In this document: one piece after another, positions 1-16,086 of the stretch | Position numbering within the stretch: position 1 is the first letter of the stretch | Layout of the letters: every line of letters starts with the position of its first letter | Assembly: GCA_964016885.1 (NCBI GenBank) | Contig: CAXHJY010001342.1 | Span: forward strand, 1-64,000 | DNA length: 64,000 bases | Source: Eledone cirrhosa | Lineage: Eukaryota | Reading direction: 5' to 3' | Notes under the pieces: model-generated | Told to the model about the DNA's origin: nothing | Database searches by the model: none | The model's input: only the letters and a program-made list of their open reading frames with translations | Made by a program: the position numbers and the translations under genes

Positions 1-3430
<3,430 letters not shown>

Positions 3431-3487
3431 CCAAGGAGTGTAACGCGGAGTTACTGTAGGTTCATTCTGTAATTACTACCACAGATG

Positions 3488-3608
3488 TCCGACGAGCCAT
3501 TGATTACAGAGTTGGGCTAGATCGATACAGATCGAACGTCTATAGCGAGACGCACGTCACCAACCAATAAACGTAATGGAGGAGGAATCACTCGTCCTTG
3601 CTTTATTA
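3488..3608 (+). repeat. Short dispersed repeat (3 copies), probable Penelope-like 3' end
   Basis: Core AGATCGATACAGATCGAAC...CGTCAC..CAATAAACGTAATG is shared with ~34490-34607 (+) and ~46750-46872 (-). Confidence 0.6.
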
Positions 3609-3625
3609 TGTGGATTGGCAGTATA

Positions 3626-3816
3626 AGGCGGTGGATTGGCAGTATTGGCAGAGTCTCGGACGCCATGCTTTCCAGCAAAGTGTTACGTCCCTTTATAGTC
3701 TGAGTTAAAATCCCGTCGAGGTTAACTTTGCCTTTCATTCTTACGGGGTCCATAAAATAAAGTACCAGTAATGCACTGGGTAATTGCTGGCCTCGTGCCA
3801 AAAGTAGAAACAATTA
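3626..3816 (+). mobile_element. tRNA-derived SINE with MetaSINE-like central domain
   Basis: Head GGCGGTGGATTGGCAG, B-box-like GAGTTAAAATCCC, central GCCTTTCATTCTTACGGGGTCCATAAAATAAAGTACCAG, tail GTGCCAAAAGTAGAAACAATTAT; many homologues in the window. Confidence 0.8.
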
Positions 3817-4084
3817 TATATATATAATATATAAAAGACATTTAGCAGGACTATACCAGCCATTTGATCTAAGGTAACCCCCACCCCTAGATCACTGACC
3901 ACTCTCAGAGATAAACAAATAACAACATACTTAAAAAAAATTTTTTTTTTGCTTTGACTGTATGCCCATATATGGACTTGATAAGTTCAGGTAGATACCC
4001 GCCGTTCGAATACCGACGATTTAACTCGGATCTAACTGTCGAAACGGCCCGTGCTCAGCCGTCGGTGGCCTGAATCTTTTCATC

Positions 4085-4492
4085 ACCGGGAGAGATGACC
4101 CCTTAGCCTTTGTCAAGGCAGAATTCTAGGAGAAGGAAAACTCTGATATAACACCTGCAACTCTGATGGTATCCAATGATGTTGACTTGTTCTTCTTTTT
4201 GGTAAATATCATATTGGTTAAGAGAGTGGGACTGGCTTTGTGCAGTGCCTTTGCTCACTATAAAAGCTTGACGGCACAGGCATTGCTTTATATCTGGAGA
4301 TCTCTCTGCACTTGTCGTCACATGGTAGCATGGGCCCAGCACTATGTGTCAATAATTGTCACAAGTGTAGTGTTTGTACCAGAGTTTTCAAGTCGCTGGC
4401 TGGACTAAAAAGTCACACTCGTTCAGCGCATTGGTAAGGGTTCTACATGGATATAAAGTAGTGGCCGTACTCGAAAATGAGTTGGCAGCCAC
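4085..4492 (-). repeat. ~400 bp dispersed repeat, inverted copy of 35680-36060
   Basis: Near-identical translations in ORFs 4166..4408(+) and 35767..36009(-); carries GTTATATCAGAGTTTTCCTTCTCCTAG, reminiscent of RTE-associated/SINE sequence. Confidence 0.75.
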
Positions 4493-4559
4493 CATATATA
4501 TATATACATATATATATGCATATACATATATAAATAAATAAATATATATATTTATATAC

Positions 4560-5000
4560 ACGTTGTCCGACGCTCTAGCGATACTGCCAAGCCACGTGAA
4601 ATGAGTAAGATAATGATTTCTAATTTTGGCACAGGGTCAGCAATTTGGGGGCTGGAGGTGAATGTCGATTATATCTACTCCAGTAATTTACTGATACTTT
4701 ATTTAATCGACCCTGGCACGATGAAAGGCAGTTTGTCCGACGCTCTAAGATTCTGTCATTCCACTTGAAACGAGTAAAATACTTGTCTCTGATTTAGGCA
4801 CAATGCCTGCAATTTGAAGGGAAGGGGGAAAGTCGATTAAATCAACCCCATTGCATTACTGGTAGCTTATTTTATCGATCCCTTAAGGATGAAAGGCAAA
4901 GCAAACCTCGGCGGGATTTGAACTCATAACGTTAAGGGCCGTAACTCTATGCCACAAAGCATGGTGTCCGACGCTTTATCGATACTGCCAATCAACCACT
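4560..5000 (-). mobile_element. Two tandem degenerate SINE copies
   Basis: Reverse-complement SINE motifs (CTGGTAGCTTATTTTATCGATCCC..GGATGAAAGGCAAAG..CTCGGCGGGATTTGAACTC). Confidence 0.7.
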
Positions 5001-5212
5001 TTTGAAACGAGTAAAAAAATAGAAATAAAATCATATACGCAGAGATAAAGTTGGAAAAGGAAGTGATATATAATAAATGCCACAGTGTCACTCATGCGTA
5101 ACTAGGGCTTTCTTTTATAGATTTCAGAGGAGAGAAATGTAAAATTATTCAAAGTCGAATAGAACTAAATAGAGAAAGATATTCAGTTTTTCGACTCACC
5201 TATTATCATACT

Positions 5213-5407
5213 AATAATTTTTTCTACTTTTGGCACAAGGCCAGCAATTACCCCAGTGCATTACTGGTACTTTATTTTATCGACCCCGTAAGGATGAAAG
5301 GCAAAATTAACCTCAACGGGATTTTAACTCAGACCGTAAAGGACCGTAACTCTATGCTGCAAAGCATGGCGTCCGACCCTCCACCGATACTGCCAATCCA
5401 CTGCCCT
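5213..5407 (-). mobile_element. SINE, same family as 3626-3816
   Basis: ACTGGTACTTTATTTTATCGACCCCGTAAGGATGAAAGGC...CTGCCAATCCAC. Confidence 0.8.
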
Positions 5408-6539
5408 AATAATAATAATCCTACTAATAATAATGAGATATATTGATTATGCAATGCTTAACCTTTCACCGGGGGGAATTTAATACATTACTGGTACTTA
5501 CATTTAGTTGATTTTGAATAAGTTCCTATATCGTGAGACGACGTGACCTTTAGCGTTTCTGATAGAGATCTTCAGGGAAAATAAAAGTTGCAGAACTCCC
5601 AACAGTAAATGAATCTATTCAAATTGCATTAACGGATTATTGCCAATGCAGACTACTTCATGCTTTCTATGATTGAGGGTTTCATTTGATAAATACTAAA
5701 TTTAGTTTGGTGATCTTGCATTTCAACGATTTCTTCCGCCACCAAAATTCAAATAAGAACGCAATTAAAAGTTTCAGTGAATATTTTTCCCAATCTTAAA
5801 ACGTAACACGACATAGAAATGTTTAACACACTTTACTTCTCATCTATTTTAAGTCATTACACACGGATAACTAATGGTGTTTTCCAAGATTAGCTTCTAA
5901 ATTTTCTTACGTTTTGAATTACAACTTTGTAACGACAGCTTATTTTCCTCTTCGGATAATTGAATTTTCAGCTGTACTACAATTATTCTTCATTGCTTTC
6001 TCCTTTGAGTTCTCTCTATTTATCAGATATTTATGGTTCCATCTGAAAATGTTCATGTTACTTTTGTATATTTGTGTATATTTCTTTTGCGACTGTAATT
6101 TGTCAAAGATTATTTACTTATCTTAAGCAGCTACTGATACTATAGATGTTTTATTATTATTATACTGGAATCGATACACGAGCAGAATCAAATTCATTCA
6201 TATCAGAACCGAGATAAAAGGGAACAAACAAAAAATAAAAAAAATATAGTTTTAATAGAGGACAGTAATGTTGTAACGTTCTTTTGGCCGCAGTAATAGT
6301 AATGGCAGCAATCGCGTGACAGTTTCGTTCCTATAATAATATACACCACACACTTAGACAGACATATATCGCTGGAATTATCTCCTATTCCTACTAAAAA
6401 TATGAAAAAATATATTAACTATTGACAGATACGGTATGTATTAATATATATGTATATATGTATATATATATAATATTTGTGATTATAGTGGAGTACTTCA
6501 ATATTATCTCTGGTAAGGTGAGAGAGGATCTATGCACGG

Positions 6540-6606
<67 letters not shown>

Positions 6607-6803
6607 AGTTAGGTGGTTCACCACTGGATAGAACTGGTCATTCCGTATGACCAACTAAGATGTAATATTAGGAAAAGCACTCAACGTTATGCAACTCATC
6701 CATCTTTGATTTTGAATCTTGTTGGTGGTGTGAGAACGGAGTTAATTAATATTAAGTAAAATGACAGGAGGCCGGGCTGGTGAAATTCCTGCCATTTTAC
6801 TCG

Positions 6804-6853
<50 letters not shown>

Positions 6854-6989
6854 AAAAATATTGATGTAATTCAATTCAAGAATTCAACGTGTATTTTACA
6901 GGGTATTCGATTATAAACATCGCTGTTTGTCCGTTCCCTTTGCCACTTCAATTTTGGATTACCTCCTTGATTGCAACTGTTCAAGATAC

Positions 6990-7062
6990 TGTCTGAAGAG
7001 AGCAAGGCACTAGCTTCTACGCTGCATTGCGTAACCAACTGTCGGCCTCGAAATATGTACCA
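6990..7062 (+). ncRNA. Putative type I hammerhead ribozyme with long stem II insert
   Basis: TG-T-CTGAAGA-GAG...CTC-GAAATATGTA-C-CA, then AATAAA at 7073; lies in an insert between microsatellite tracts. Confidence 0.45.
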
Positions 7063-7108
7063 CGGCCTTATCAATAAAAGACTTTATCATCTAAACTTTG
7101 TATTTCCT

Positions 7109-7218
<110 letters not shown>

Positions 7219-7278
7219 GCATGAACCTAATAAACTTTTATTTGTACTGCCTCTCTGTATTTGTTCCCATCCAAGTTT

Positions 7279-7336
<58 letters not shown>

Positions 7337-8107
7337 ACGTAAACAATGAGTTATTTGTTTTGTTGATTATTCAACAAAGTTAATTTATAACAGATTAGAA
7401 GCACTCAACAGTTTTCTTCTGGAATATAATATCTATAATATATATATATATATATATACATGAGTATGTATGTGTGTTGAGGCGTATGGGCTAGTGTTTT
7501 GAGCAGGATTACAGGCAGTTGTTAACCTAGGTGGGATTTGAGCTCAGAATGTAGTGAATCGTAACAAACACTGAAAACATTTCTCTCTACGTGCTAACGA
7601 CTCTCTCAATTCTCTGCTAGAATAGAACAGCTAACTATAATAATCTCGCAGTAATCTCGTAGTAATCTCGTAGTAATAAAGACAGAGCAATGGGGTAAAC
7701 TATAAAGAAGAGAGTTTGAAACGTGAAATGGAGAGAAAATAATACGTAAGAAAGTAAAATATGAACGAGTAGAGTTAGTTAATTTAGAAGTTTCTATAAT
7801 TATTGTTTTCTTTCTAAACCATTCATATCTACCCCTCCCTTCTTCATCACCCCAGCCCTCTTATTACCTCATTCTTCTACTGTTTTTCTCCTCCTTCTCC
7901 TCCTCCCCCGCCTCCCTTTCTAATGTTCTTCTCCTCCGCCCTCTCCTCCTCTTCCTACTCTTCCTACTCTTCCTCTCATCTCACACCACCTCTTCCCCTT
8001 TCTCATCCTATCTTCCTCCTCTTTCTTCTCCCCCTCTACTACATCCTCCTCCTTCTTCGTTTCTCCTCTCCTCCCACCCTTCCTTTTCCCCTCATCCTCT
8101 TCCTTCT

Positions 8108-9001
8108 TACCAGCACCAGCACCACTAACAACACTGGCAGCAATGCAACATGCAACAACAATAACAGCATCATCATCACCACCACCACCTCCTCCACCGC
8201 CACTGCCACCAGCAGCAGCAGCACCACCACCACCACCATCAAAACCAGCACCAGCACCGCCATCGCCACCACCACCATCACTAGCACCAGCACCACCTCC
8301 ACCACCACCACCTCCACCACCACCACCACTGCCACCAGCACCAGCAGCACCACCACCACCACCATCAAAACCAGCACCAGCACCGCCATCGCCACCACCA
8401 CCATCACTAGCACCAGCACCACCACCACCTCCACCACCACCAGCACCACCTCCACCACCACCACCACCAGCAGTAGCACGACCACCACCAGCACCACCAC
8501 TACCACCACATTAACCAACACCACCATCACCAGCACCACCACCACCACCACCACCAACACCACCAGCACCATAACCAGCACCACCACCAGCACCACTGTT
8601 GTTGTTACTCTTGTTGTTACTGTTGTTACTACTGTTGTTGTTACTGTTGTTGTTATTGTTGTTGTTATTGTTGTTGTTATTGTTGTTGTTATTGTTGTTG
8701 TTATTGTTGTTGTTGCTACTGTTGTTGCTACTGTTGTTACTGTTGTTGTTACTCTTGTTATTGTTGTTGTTACTGTTGTTACTGTTGTTGTTACTGTTGT
8801 TGTTACTGTTGTTGTTACTCTTGTTGTTACTCTTGTTGTTGTTGTTACTGTTATTGCTGTTGTTACTGTTGTTATCGTTGTTGTTGTTACTCTTGTTGTT
8901 ACTCTTGTTGTCATTGTTGTTGTAACTGTTGTTGTTACTGTTGTTGTTACTGTTGTTGTCACTGTTGTTGTTACTGTTGTTGTCGCTGCTGCTGCTGCTG
9001 C
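8108..9001. repeat. Low-complexity (ACC)n/(AGC)n tract switching abruptly to (GTT)n at ~8597
   Basis: Trinucleotide repeats, open in several frames on both strands. Confidence 0.9.
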
Positions 9002-9106
9002 TCTTCTATTTCCAATTCTTGATTTTTGTTATTTCAGCAAATAAACTTATTCTTGTTGTTATTGTTGTTCCACATATTTTACATATAGAAAGGAATAAAC
9101 AGGTTA

Positions 9107-9153
<47 letters not shown>

Positions 9154-9399
9154 GTGTGTCCATATATGCATGTCAATATGTGAGATAGAGAGCAAGAGAG
9201 AGAGAGAGAGGGGGAAGGAGGGAAGGAGAAAGAGTGCAGGTGAGAGAGCTAAACTGAGTGAGAGAGCTAGAGAGGGAGGGAGAGCTAGAGAGAGAGCTAG
9301 AGAGAGAGAGATTTAGATATCTATATCTTTTGATCTCTCTCTTTCCACACAAAGACACGCACATATAAATGTGCGTGTATGAATGTTTGTATTAATAAA

Positions 9400-9841
9400 T
9401 GTATGTATGTATGCATATATGTATGTATATATACATGTCTATATATATATATGTGTGTATATATATACGTATATATATATATATGTATATATATACATAT
9501 ATATATACATATATACATATATATATACATATATACATATATACATATACATATATATATTCATATGTATATATATATATATATATATACATACATATGT
9601 GTGTATACATACATATATTCATAAATGCATATATTTATTTATACATACATACATATACACCTATAAACCCACATATATATATATATATACATATATATAA
9701 ATATATATATATACACATAGTTCAGTGTGTATATATACACATATATATACACACATATATATATATATACATATATATATATACATATGAATATATATAT
9801 GTATATATATATACTCACACATATATATACATATACATATG

Positions 9842-9875
<34 letters not shown>

Positions 9876-9891
9876 CACACAAAAACATGTG

Positions 9892-9925
<34 letters not shown>

Positions 9926-9960
9926 TATATATATACGCACACACAGGTGTGTGCGTATAT
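9400..9960. repeat. (TA)/(CA) microsatellite mosaic
   Basis: Direct reading. Confidence 0.9.
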
Positions 9961-10424
9961 CTGTACATAGAAAACATATAATTATATATTCAAAATGTAG
10001 AAAAAAAAATAATTTAAGACGTTTAAATATATTAAAAAAAAACCAAACAAACAAAACAAACAAACAACAAAAAATGGCGCAACAAATTCTACGCAATAAC
10101 GCAAAGAAAAATTAAACAAAAATATGACAGCAATAATAATAAAAAGCCAAAAGTGGGAAAGAAATTGTAACTTAACTCCAAGAAAAGGAAAACCAGGGCC
10201 AACAAAAACAAGAAACGACAAAAGAAAAAAAAAAACTCGACAAAGCATCATAAAATATAAATAGATGAAATAGATGGAATAAGTTTGTGTTGAAACCATT
10301 TCTTTGAATACTTTGATTATTTCTCTCACCTTTGTTCCAGGAGTAAAATTGTTTCCTTACATAGCGCTGTCTATAAATATGCCATTTCTCAAGAGAGAAC
10401 TTTTTCAGGGAGAGATAGAGAGAA

Positions 10425-10484
<60 letters not shown>

Positions 10485-10520
10485 GAATGGAGAAGAAAGG
10501 AAAGAAAAAGAGAGAAAGAA

Positions 10521-10554
<34 letters not shown>

Positions 10555-10678
10555 AGAGAGAGAGAGAGAGAGAGAGAAATGGAGAGAGAAAGAAAGTATG
10601 GAAAAGGAAAGAGAGAAAGAGAAACAGAGAGAAAACGGGGAAAAGTTTGAGAAAAAAGAGAATTACAAACAGACAGAA

Positions 10679-10764
<86 letters not shown>

Positions 10765-11849
10765 CGAGCCAGAAAGAATGAGAAAGAAAGAGTACATAAT
10801 ATGAAGAAAATATTTATTTTATTTTTGTTTTACCTTCGTATTTGTTCCTTTCGCTAATACGCGGTCATTTTTTGATAAACTGCTGTTTTCACTCGTGTGA
10901 TCCCCTCTTCCTTCTATTTCTTCATCGTTCTCTCTTTTCCACCTTCTTCTTTCTCTCACTACCGTTTGCTTGTCTACTCCCTCTCTGGCCCATCTCTCGG
11001 TTTTTGTTTCCCAATCTTGGTAGGCAGTAAGCCACTTTTTTTCAGCTTTGTAACCCAAACACATTCCTTCTAGCGTTAACATGTTGCGTATTTGAATGTG
11101 AAGTCGTTATTCAGTATATTGCGGTTGTTGATCGAAAGAGAACTAGCTACACTCACCCTCGTCTTTGGGTATATAACTTTGCTGTCATTTATAACCTAGG
11201 CATATATCCTTGTTAGCTGAATGTAAACGATAAATGTTTAACATCTAACTGTCTAAGGGTTAGTCCGCTTCGTAAGACCGTTTTCTATTTATTTTTAGGC
11301 GTAATTTTTACATATTTATCTTTGGTTTAATCGAAAGACACAGGTAAATTTATCTACCAGTCTTTGTTTTGTTATCGTCTCACAGACAACTTACCAACAG
11401 AGCAGTTCTCAAATCTGTTGGGCAAACTAGCATCAGAAGTGCATTTCCAACATTATATGCAAAATTGTACGCCAGCATGGTGGATGACTACCATTGTTTA
11501 GGAGCCTTTCTAGAGATATAGACTACCCGGCACACACGAGTCAGTCAAGAGAATACCTTCTCTATTTAAGGCTTTTAACATCACGGACCTAGTTTCGTTT
11601 TCCCCAGAGGCTTTGCCACAGTTGGCGGGTTCTTGAATTGCTCTTCCAGATGCACCTCATGTACAAGCGACCAGCAAATTATTTTCTCTACCTCGCGAGG
11701 GTGCATATATCTGAAGAGAAGAGCACCCCAGACGCTTTCCTGGTAGGGGAACCTATTATTGTCACTTGCTCCAGTAATACTGAATACCTAGGAAGGTATA
11801 TGCCAATTTTCCTTGTGTTTTCCATTATATATATATATATATATATAAG

Positions 11850-12140
11850 GGTAAAGATCCTCTTTGGTCACAAATGGCCATAGGATTTTCACCTAGAAAG
11901 TAACCCTTCGAGAAACAAGTTGTTTGTGGAAGACCACCAGTCGCTCATACCGGTCTAACTTCAATGACCGACACAGCATGGCACCAGTGACGTCGAAACT
12001 CATTTCTACAAATGAGTAAACTGAGCAACGTGAAATAAAGTCGCTTGCTCAACGAGACAACATATCCCCCCCGTCCGGAAATCGAACTCACAACCTCATG
12101 ATTGCAAGTCGAAGGCTCTAACCACTAAGCCACGCGCCTT
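11850..12140 (-). mobile_element. tRNA-derived SINE, second family
   Basis: Minus strand reads GGCGCGTGGCTTAGTGGTTAGAG (box A)...GAGTTCGATTTCC (box B)...TTGAGCAAGCGACTTTATTTCACGTTGCTC. Confidence 0.75.
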
Positions 12141-12157
12141 TATATACACATACATAC

Positions 12158-12192
<35 letters not shown>

Positions 12193-12249
12193 CATATCTA
12201 CACACACATACACACATATATATATGTATATATCTACACACACACATCA

Positions 12250-12287
<38 letters not shown>

Positions 12288-12517
12288 AAACACACACCCA
12301 CTATATAATTGAAAAGTAATCGGCATTTCCTATTTACTTTCTTGTCGTTATAAGTTGTTTTGCAAAGAGACGAGGCAAAATAGATTCCATTCTAAAGATG
12401 TTCTTCAAATAGAAATCTATCATCTGCAATGCTGTGCTGCTGTCTGGCAAAGAAACAGCTGTCGAATAGTCTTTATCTAAGCTCTGATATTTCAGTTAGC
12501 ACACCACCACCACCACC

Positions 12518-12571
<54 letters not shown>

Positions 12572-12637
12572 GCTGCTGCTGTTGCTTCCGGTCTTCTTTG
12601 ACTGACCCAATACTGCACCACGACCACGACCACGACG

Positions 12638-12685
<48 letters not shown>

Positions 12686-12814
12686 GGTCTTCTTTGACCC
12701 AATTCCAAAACTGCTGTACACCGGGACCTCTGCGTAGAGTATGTTGACATTAGGTGTCACAACAACTGTGAGTGTGTAAGATTTGCGAATAAAAAGGTAT
12801 AACGAATATCAGAT

Positions 12815-13245
12815 CAGAGATTTGTAATCTGTGTAGTCTACCTGTTTAAATTGCGGGGAACCTATACTATTCCTGTGTACTGCTCTACAAAATACCCTAT
12901 CTAGATATGATCTGGATGACCATGTCCACACTGGCACATTCGAAAAATCTAGTCGATACCTATCACACAGTCTGAGCTGCTTTGCGAAGCTTTTGTACCC
13001 TGCATTCCTGTCTGTCAGTCCCACATAGTCCGACCGTGCATTCAAGATAAGGGTCCAGTAGCCCACGAACACTAAAGAACCGGAGTTTCTAGAAAGATCT
13101 CCTGACGCCAGAAGAAATGTGGAAGTTGTGCTCCTTTCGGGCATAGACGACCACAAGCCTGAAACGATGTCCTTCACTGCTGGTCACGTCAAACACCACC
13201 GACTTACTTTCTAGGTCCAGAAAGACGGTTCGTATCGTGGAGTCC
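12815..13245 (-). pseudogene. Decayed Tx1-family ORF2 endonuclease fragment
   Basis: DRYRLDFSNVPVWTWSSRSYLDRVFCR matches DRYRLDFPNVPMWTWTNRIGSSRSYLDRVFCR of the intact ORF2; frameshifts upstream. Confidence 0.85.
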
Positions 13246-13449
13246 TATCACAGAGAAAGACAACAAATGACATGGGAAAACTCAGTGCAGTGAGATAAGA
13301 TGATGCTGATCAGAAGATGCTGGTCATACAAGTAGAGATGACACTTCAGTGAGATGAGTAAGTAATTTAATTAACTTCTAACACATCTAAGGAAAACAAT
13401 GGCGTTGGATTGATAATGAATATGATATCGATGAAGACGACGGCGACGA

Positions 13450-13463
13450 CACCGATGATGATA

Positions 13464-13496
<33 letters not shown>

Positions 13497-13650
13497 GTGA
13501 TGATGAATAGGATGATGATGATAATAATGATGATGATAATGATGATGATGAATAGGATGAAGATGATGATGATGAAGATGATGATGAAGATGATAGGGAA
13601 TATGATGATGGTGATGATGATGATGATGATGATGATGATAATAGCGATGA
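13450..13650. repeat. (GAT)n microsatellite
   Basis: Direct reading. Confidence 0.9.
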
Positions 13651-14213
13651 TCCTTATTAGATTAATTTCGAGTTTGAAGGATTTCCAAGACAGAGCTTGT
13701 GAAGGTTACGAAACTACAAAAGCAAAAAAAGACCGAAGGTTGCTAATTAGTGTTTATAATTGTAATATCAGTGAATGGCAAATATATAGAATTTCCGTCG
13801 ATGCCATGTTTGTGGTTAAGATAAACTGATGAAAGAGCTTCAAAACAATAACAACGACATCATCAATGAGTGCAACAATAACATCAGCTGTAGCCACAAT
13901 AGCAGCAACAGTAGCAGCTACAGCAGCAAGAGGAGGAACAATAAATCTTCTTCGTGTACTTTAAGAGATGGCTTATAAGGGCAAAGATAATTAAACTAAG
14001 AACTGCATTCAGTTCTTAGTTTAATAACACTGTTTTTCGTATACATATTTATCAAACCATTTTTTAATGAAAAAGAAACATATTTACATTAAAGATAATA
14101 ACACATTTCAGAACGGAAGCATATCATTCAAGTTTTGCTGAGAATTAATCTTAACTACATACTTTGTAAAAATGGTTGTGTAAAAAAACTAAAACTAAAA
14201 AATGAAAACAAAC

Positions 14214-14246
<33 letters not shown>

Positions 14247-14885
14247 TTGGAGAAAAACAAACAAACAATAACATTTAAATCTCCAAAAATAATAAAAAGC
14301 AAAGGAAAAATTTCGTAAAGATAAAATAAAAAAATATGGCGCACGAAGATATATGTAGTGTTGCAGACAATTATTGTAAACAGCAAAAGAGGAAGTGTTT
14401 GACGAAAACAAAATAAATACAAAAATATAATATCACGTACTATATTTGATTAAGGTGGTGGTGGTGGTGGTGGTGGTGGTGGTGGTGGTAGTAGTCGTGG
14501 TTGGATGCTGGTGGGGGGAGTTGAACACTTATAAACGCGGTGAAATGTAAAAAAAAATAACCAAAACATAAACCAAAACAAAACTTTGAGACATGTTTTA
14601 TTTTCAAGCAGAAAATGTATCCTTCCTTCATTGCAATGGATATCTATGTGAATCACATATCGAAGATTGTTCTAAGAAGTTATGTATATGAGTGATTCTG
14701 CAGTAAGATCAAAGTTCATGATATATTGTATTGAGATTCAGAATACAAGTAATTTTTATGTTTTATATATAATTCTCTAACGTCAGATGTTTATTGTTTT
14801 ATTTCTATATGGTTTTGTTTTCCAATTTTAATGTAGATATAAGACTATCAGAGACGATATCTATCTATCTATCTATCTATTATAT

Positions 14886-14925
14886 TTGTCCCCTTCTTTT
14901 GTGCCCCTGTGGCTAATAAAGAAAT
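14886..14925 (+). mobile_element. Extreme 3' end of a Tx1-family element within (TATC)n
   Basis: TTGTCCCCTTCTTTTGTGCCCCTGTGGCTAATAAAGAAAT matches 18240-18279 and the terminus at 58488-58505. Confidence 0.7.
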
Positions 14926-15084
14926 ATATCTATCTATCTATTATATATCTATATAACTATCTATCTATATATCGACATATCTTTCTCACTTTCTCTCTAT
15001 TTATCTATCTACTTACCTACCTATCCATTCATCCATCCATCCATTTATCTATCTATCTATCTATCTATTTATCTATCTATCTAG

Positions 15085-16049
15085 CTGCAATCCTGGGTCA
15101 AGCAAAGACCGAGAAAAGTGGGCGACTGGCACATTGAATGTGCCCAGGCGCTCACGGCCCTCTGGCAAGAGGATCCGACAATCAGTGGAGATTCAACCTC
15201 AACATTCTATAGAGGGTTGGTGCGCAGTAAGTGCGACGACGCTCTCGGAGAGCTCTGGGCATGGAGGAAGACGAGCTAGCCAGTCTGTTCGGTAGGACGA
15301 TTGGCCCAGGACCGATGGACAACTTCCAAAAGTCCCTGGCCTGGCAGTGCTACCGAGGAGCTCTACCCATTCGGGACAAGCTCTACAGACACGGGCGCCC
15401 GGGTAAGAACCCCTCGAAGAAACCGTCGCACACGCATTCGTACACTGCCCGGGCGTTGCTGACCTGTGGGGCTATGTGGAACGACTACTGTCGCGGGTGG
15501 GACCAATCCGGTTGACCACCGAGTACATTGTCACGATCAAACCTCCTCCCCCTTTCAAAAACGAAGGAGAGGTGGTTTTCCTCTGTGTGATAGCTATGGC
15601 GAAAGAGGTTGTATGGTGGACGAGGTTGAAAGGGCTAAGGTCAGACACTTTTCTCTCCGGCCAACAACTGGTCCTTTTTTTCAAGTACCACTTTAGAAGA
15701 AGGGTCAGAATGGAGAGAGAGGTGCTCTACTCCAGCAAGTTTTATGAAAGGTGGGTGAAATTGGCGAGAATGGCCCGAGTGAATGGGCCTTCTCTCTATA
15801 TCAGCCTGTAGGTGAAAGAGGAGAAGAAGGAGGAGAGGAAGGGAGCACCCGCTCTTTGTGCTCCTGAAGAGAAGGGTTGCACATTTTGTTCGGGTGTGTG
15901 CGCGACCCACGCCAACGCCCCCTCCCCATTGAGGACTTCGATTGTTAAATTTAATTTATTATATTTTTTTAACGTCTTTTGAAATGTATGTAAACTCCCC
16001 CCTTGTATTTGTTCCAATCTTTGATGCCCTGGTAGCAAATAAATAGAAA

Positions 16050-16052
<3 letters not shown>
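15085..16052 (+). pseudogene. 5'-truncated decayed Tx1-family copy (ORF2 C-terminus plus 3'UTR)
   Basis: LFGRTIGPGPMDNFQKSLAWQCYRGALPIRDKLYRHG and ERWVKLARMARVNGPSLYISL* match the intact ORF2; followed by (TATC)n. Confidence 0.92.

Positions 16053-16086
<34 letters not shown>

Noticed and set aside
7923-9044. 373-aa Thr-rich then Val-rich 'mucin/membrane' ORF
   Set aside because: Trinucleotide repeats open in several frames on both strands. The ACC and GTT halves are not true complements either, so it is not a hairpin.
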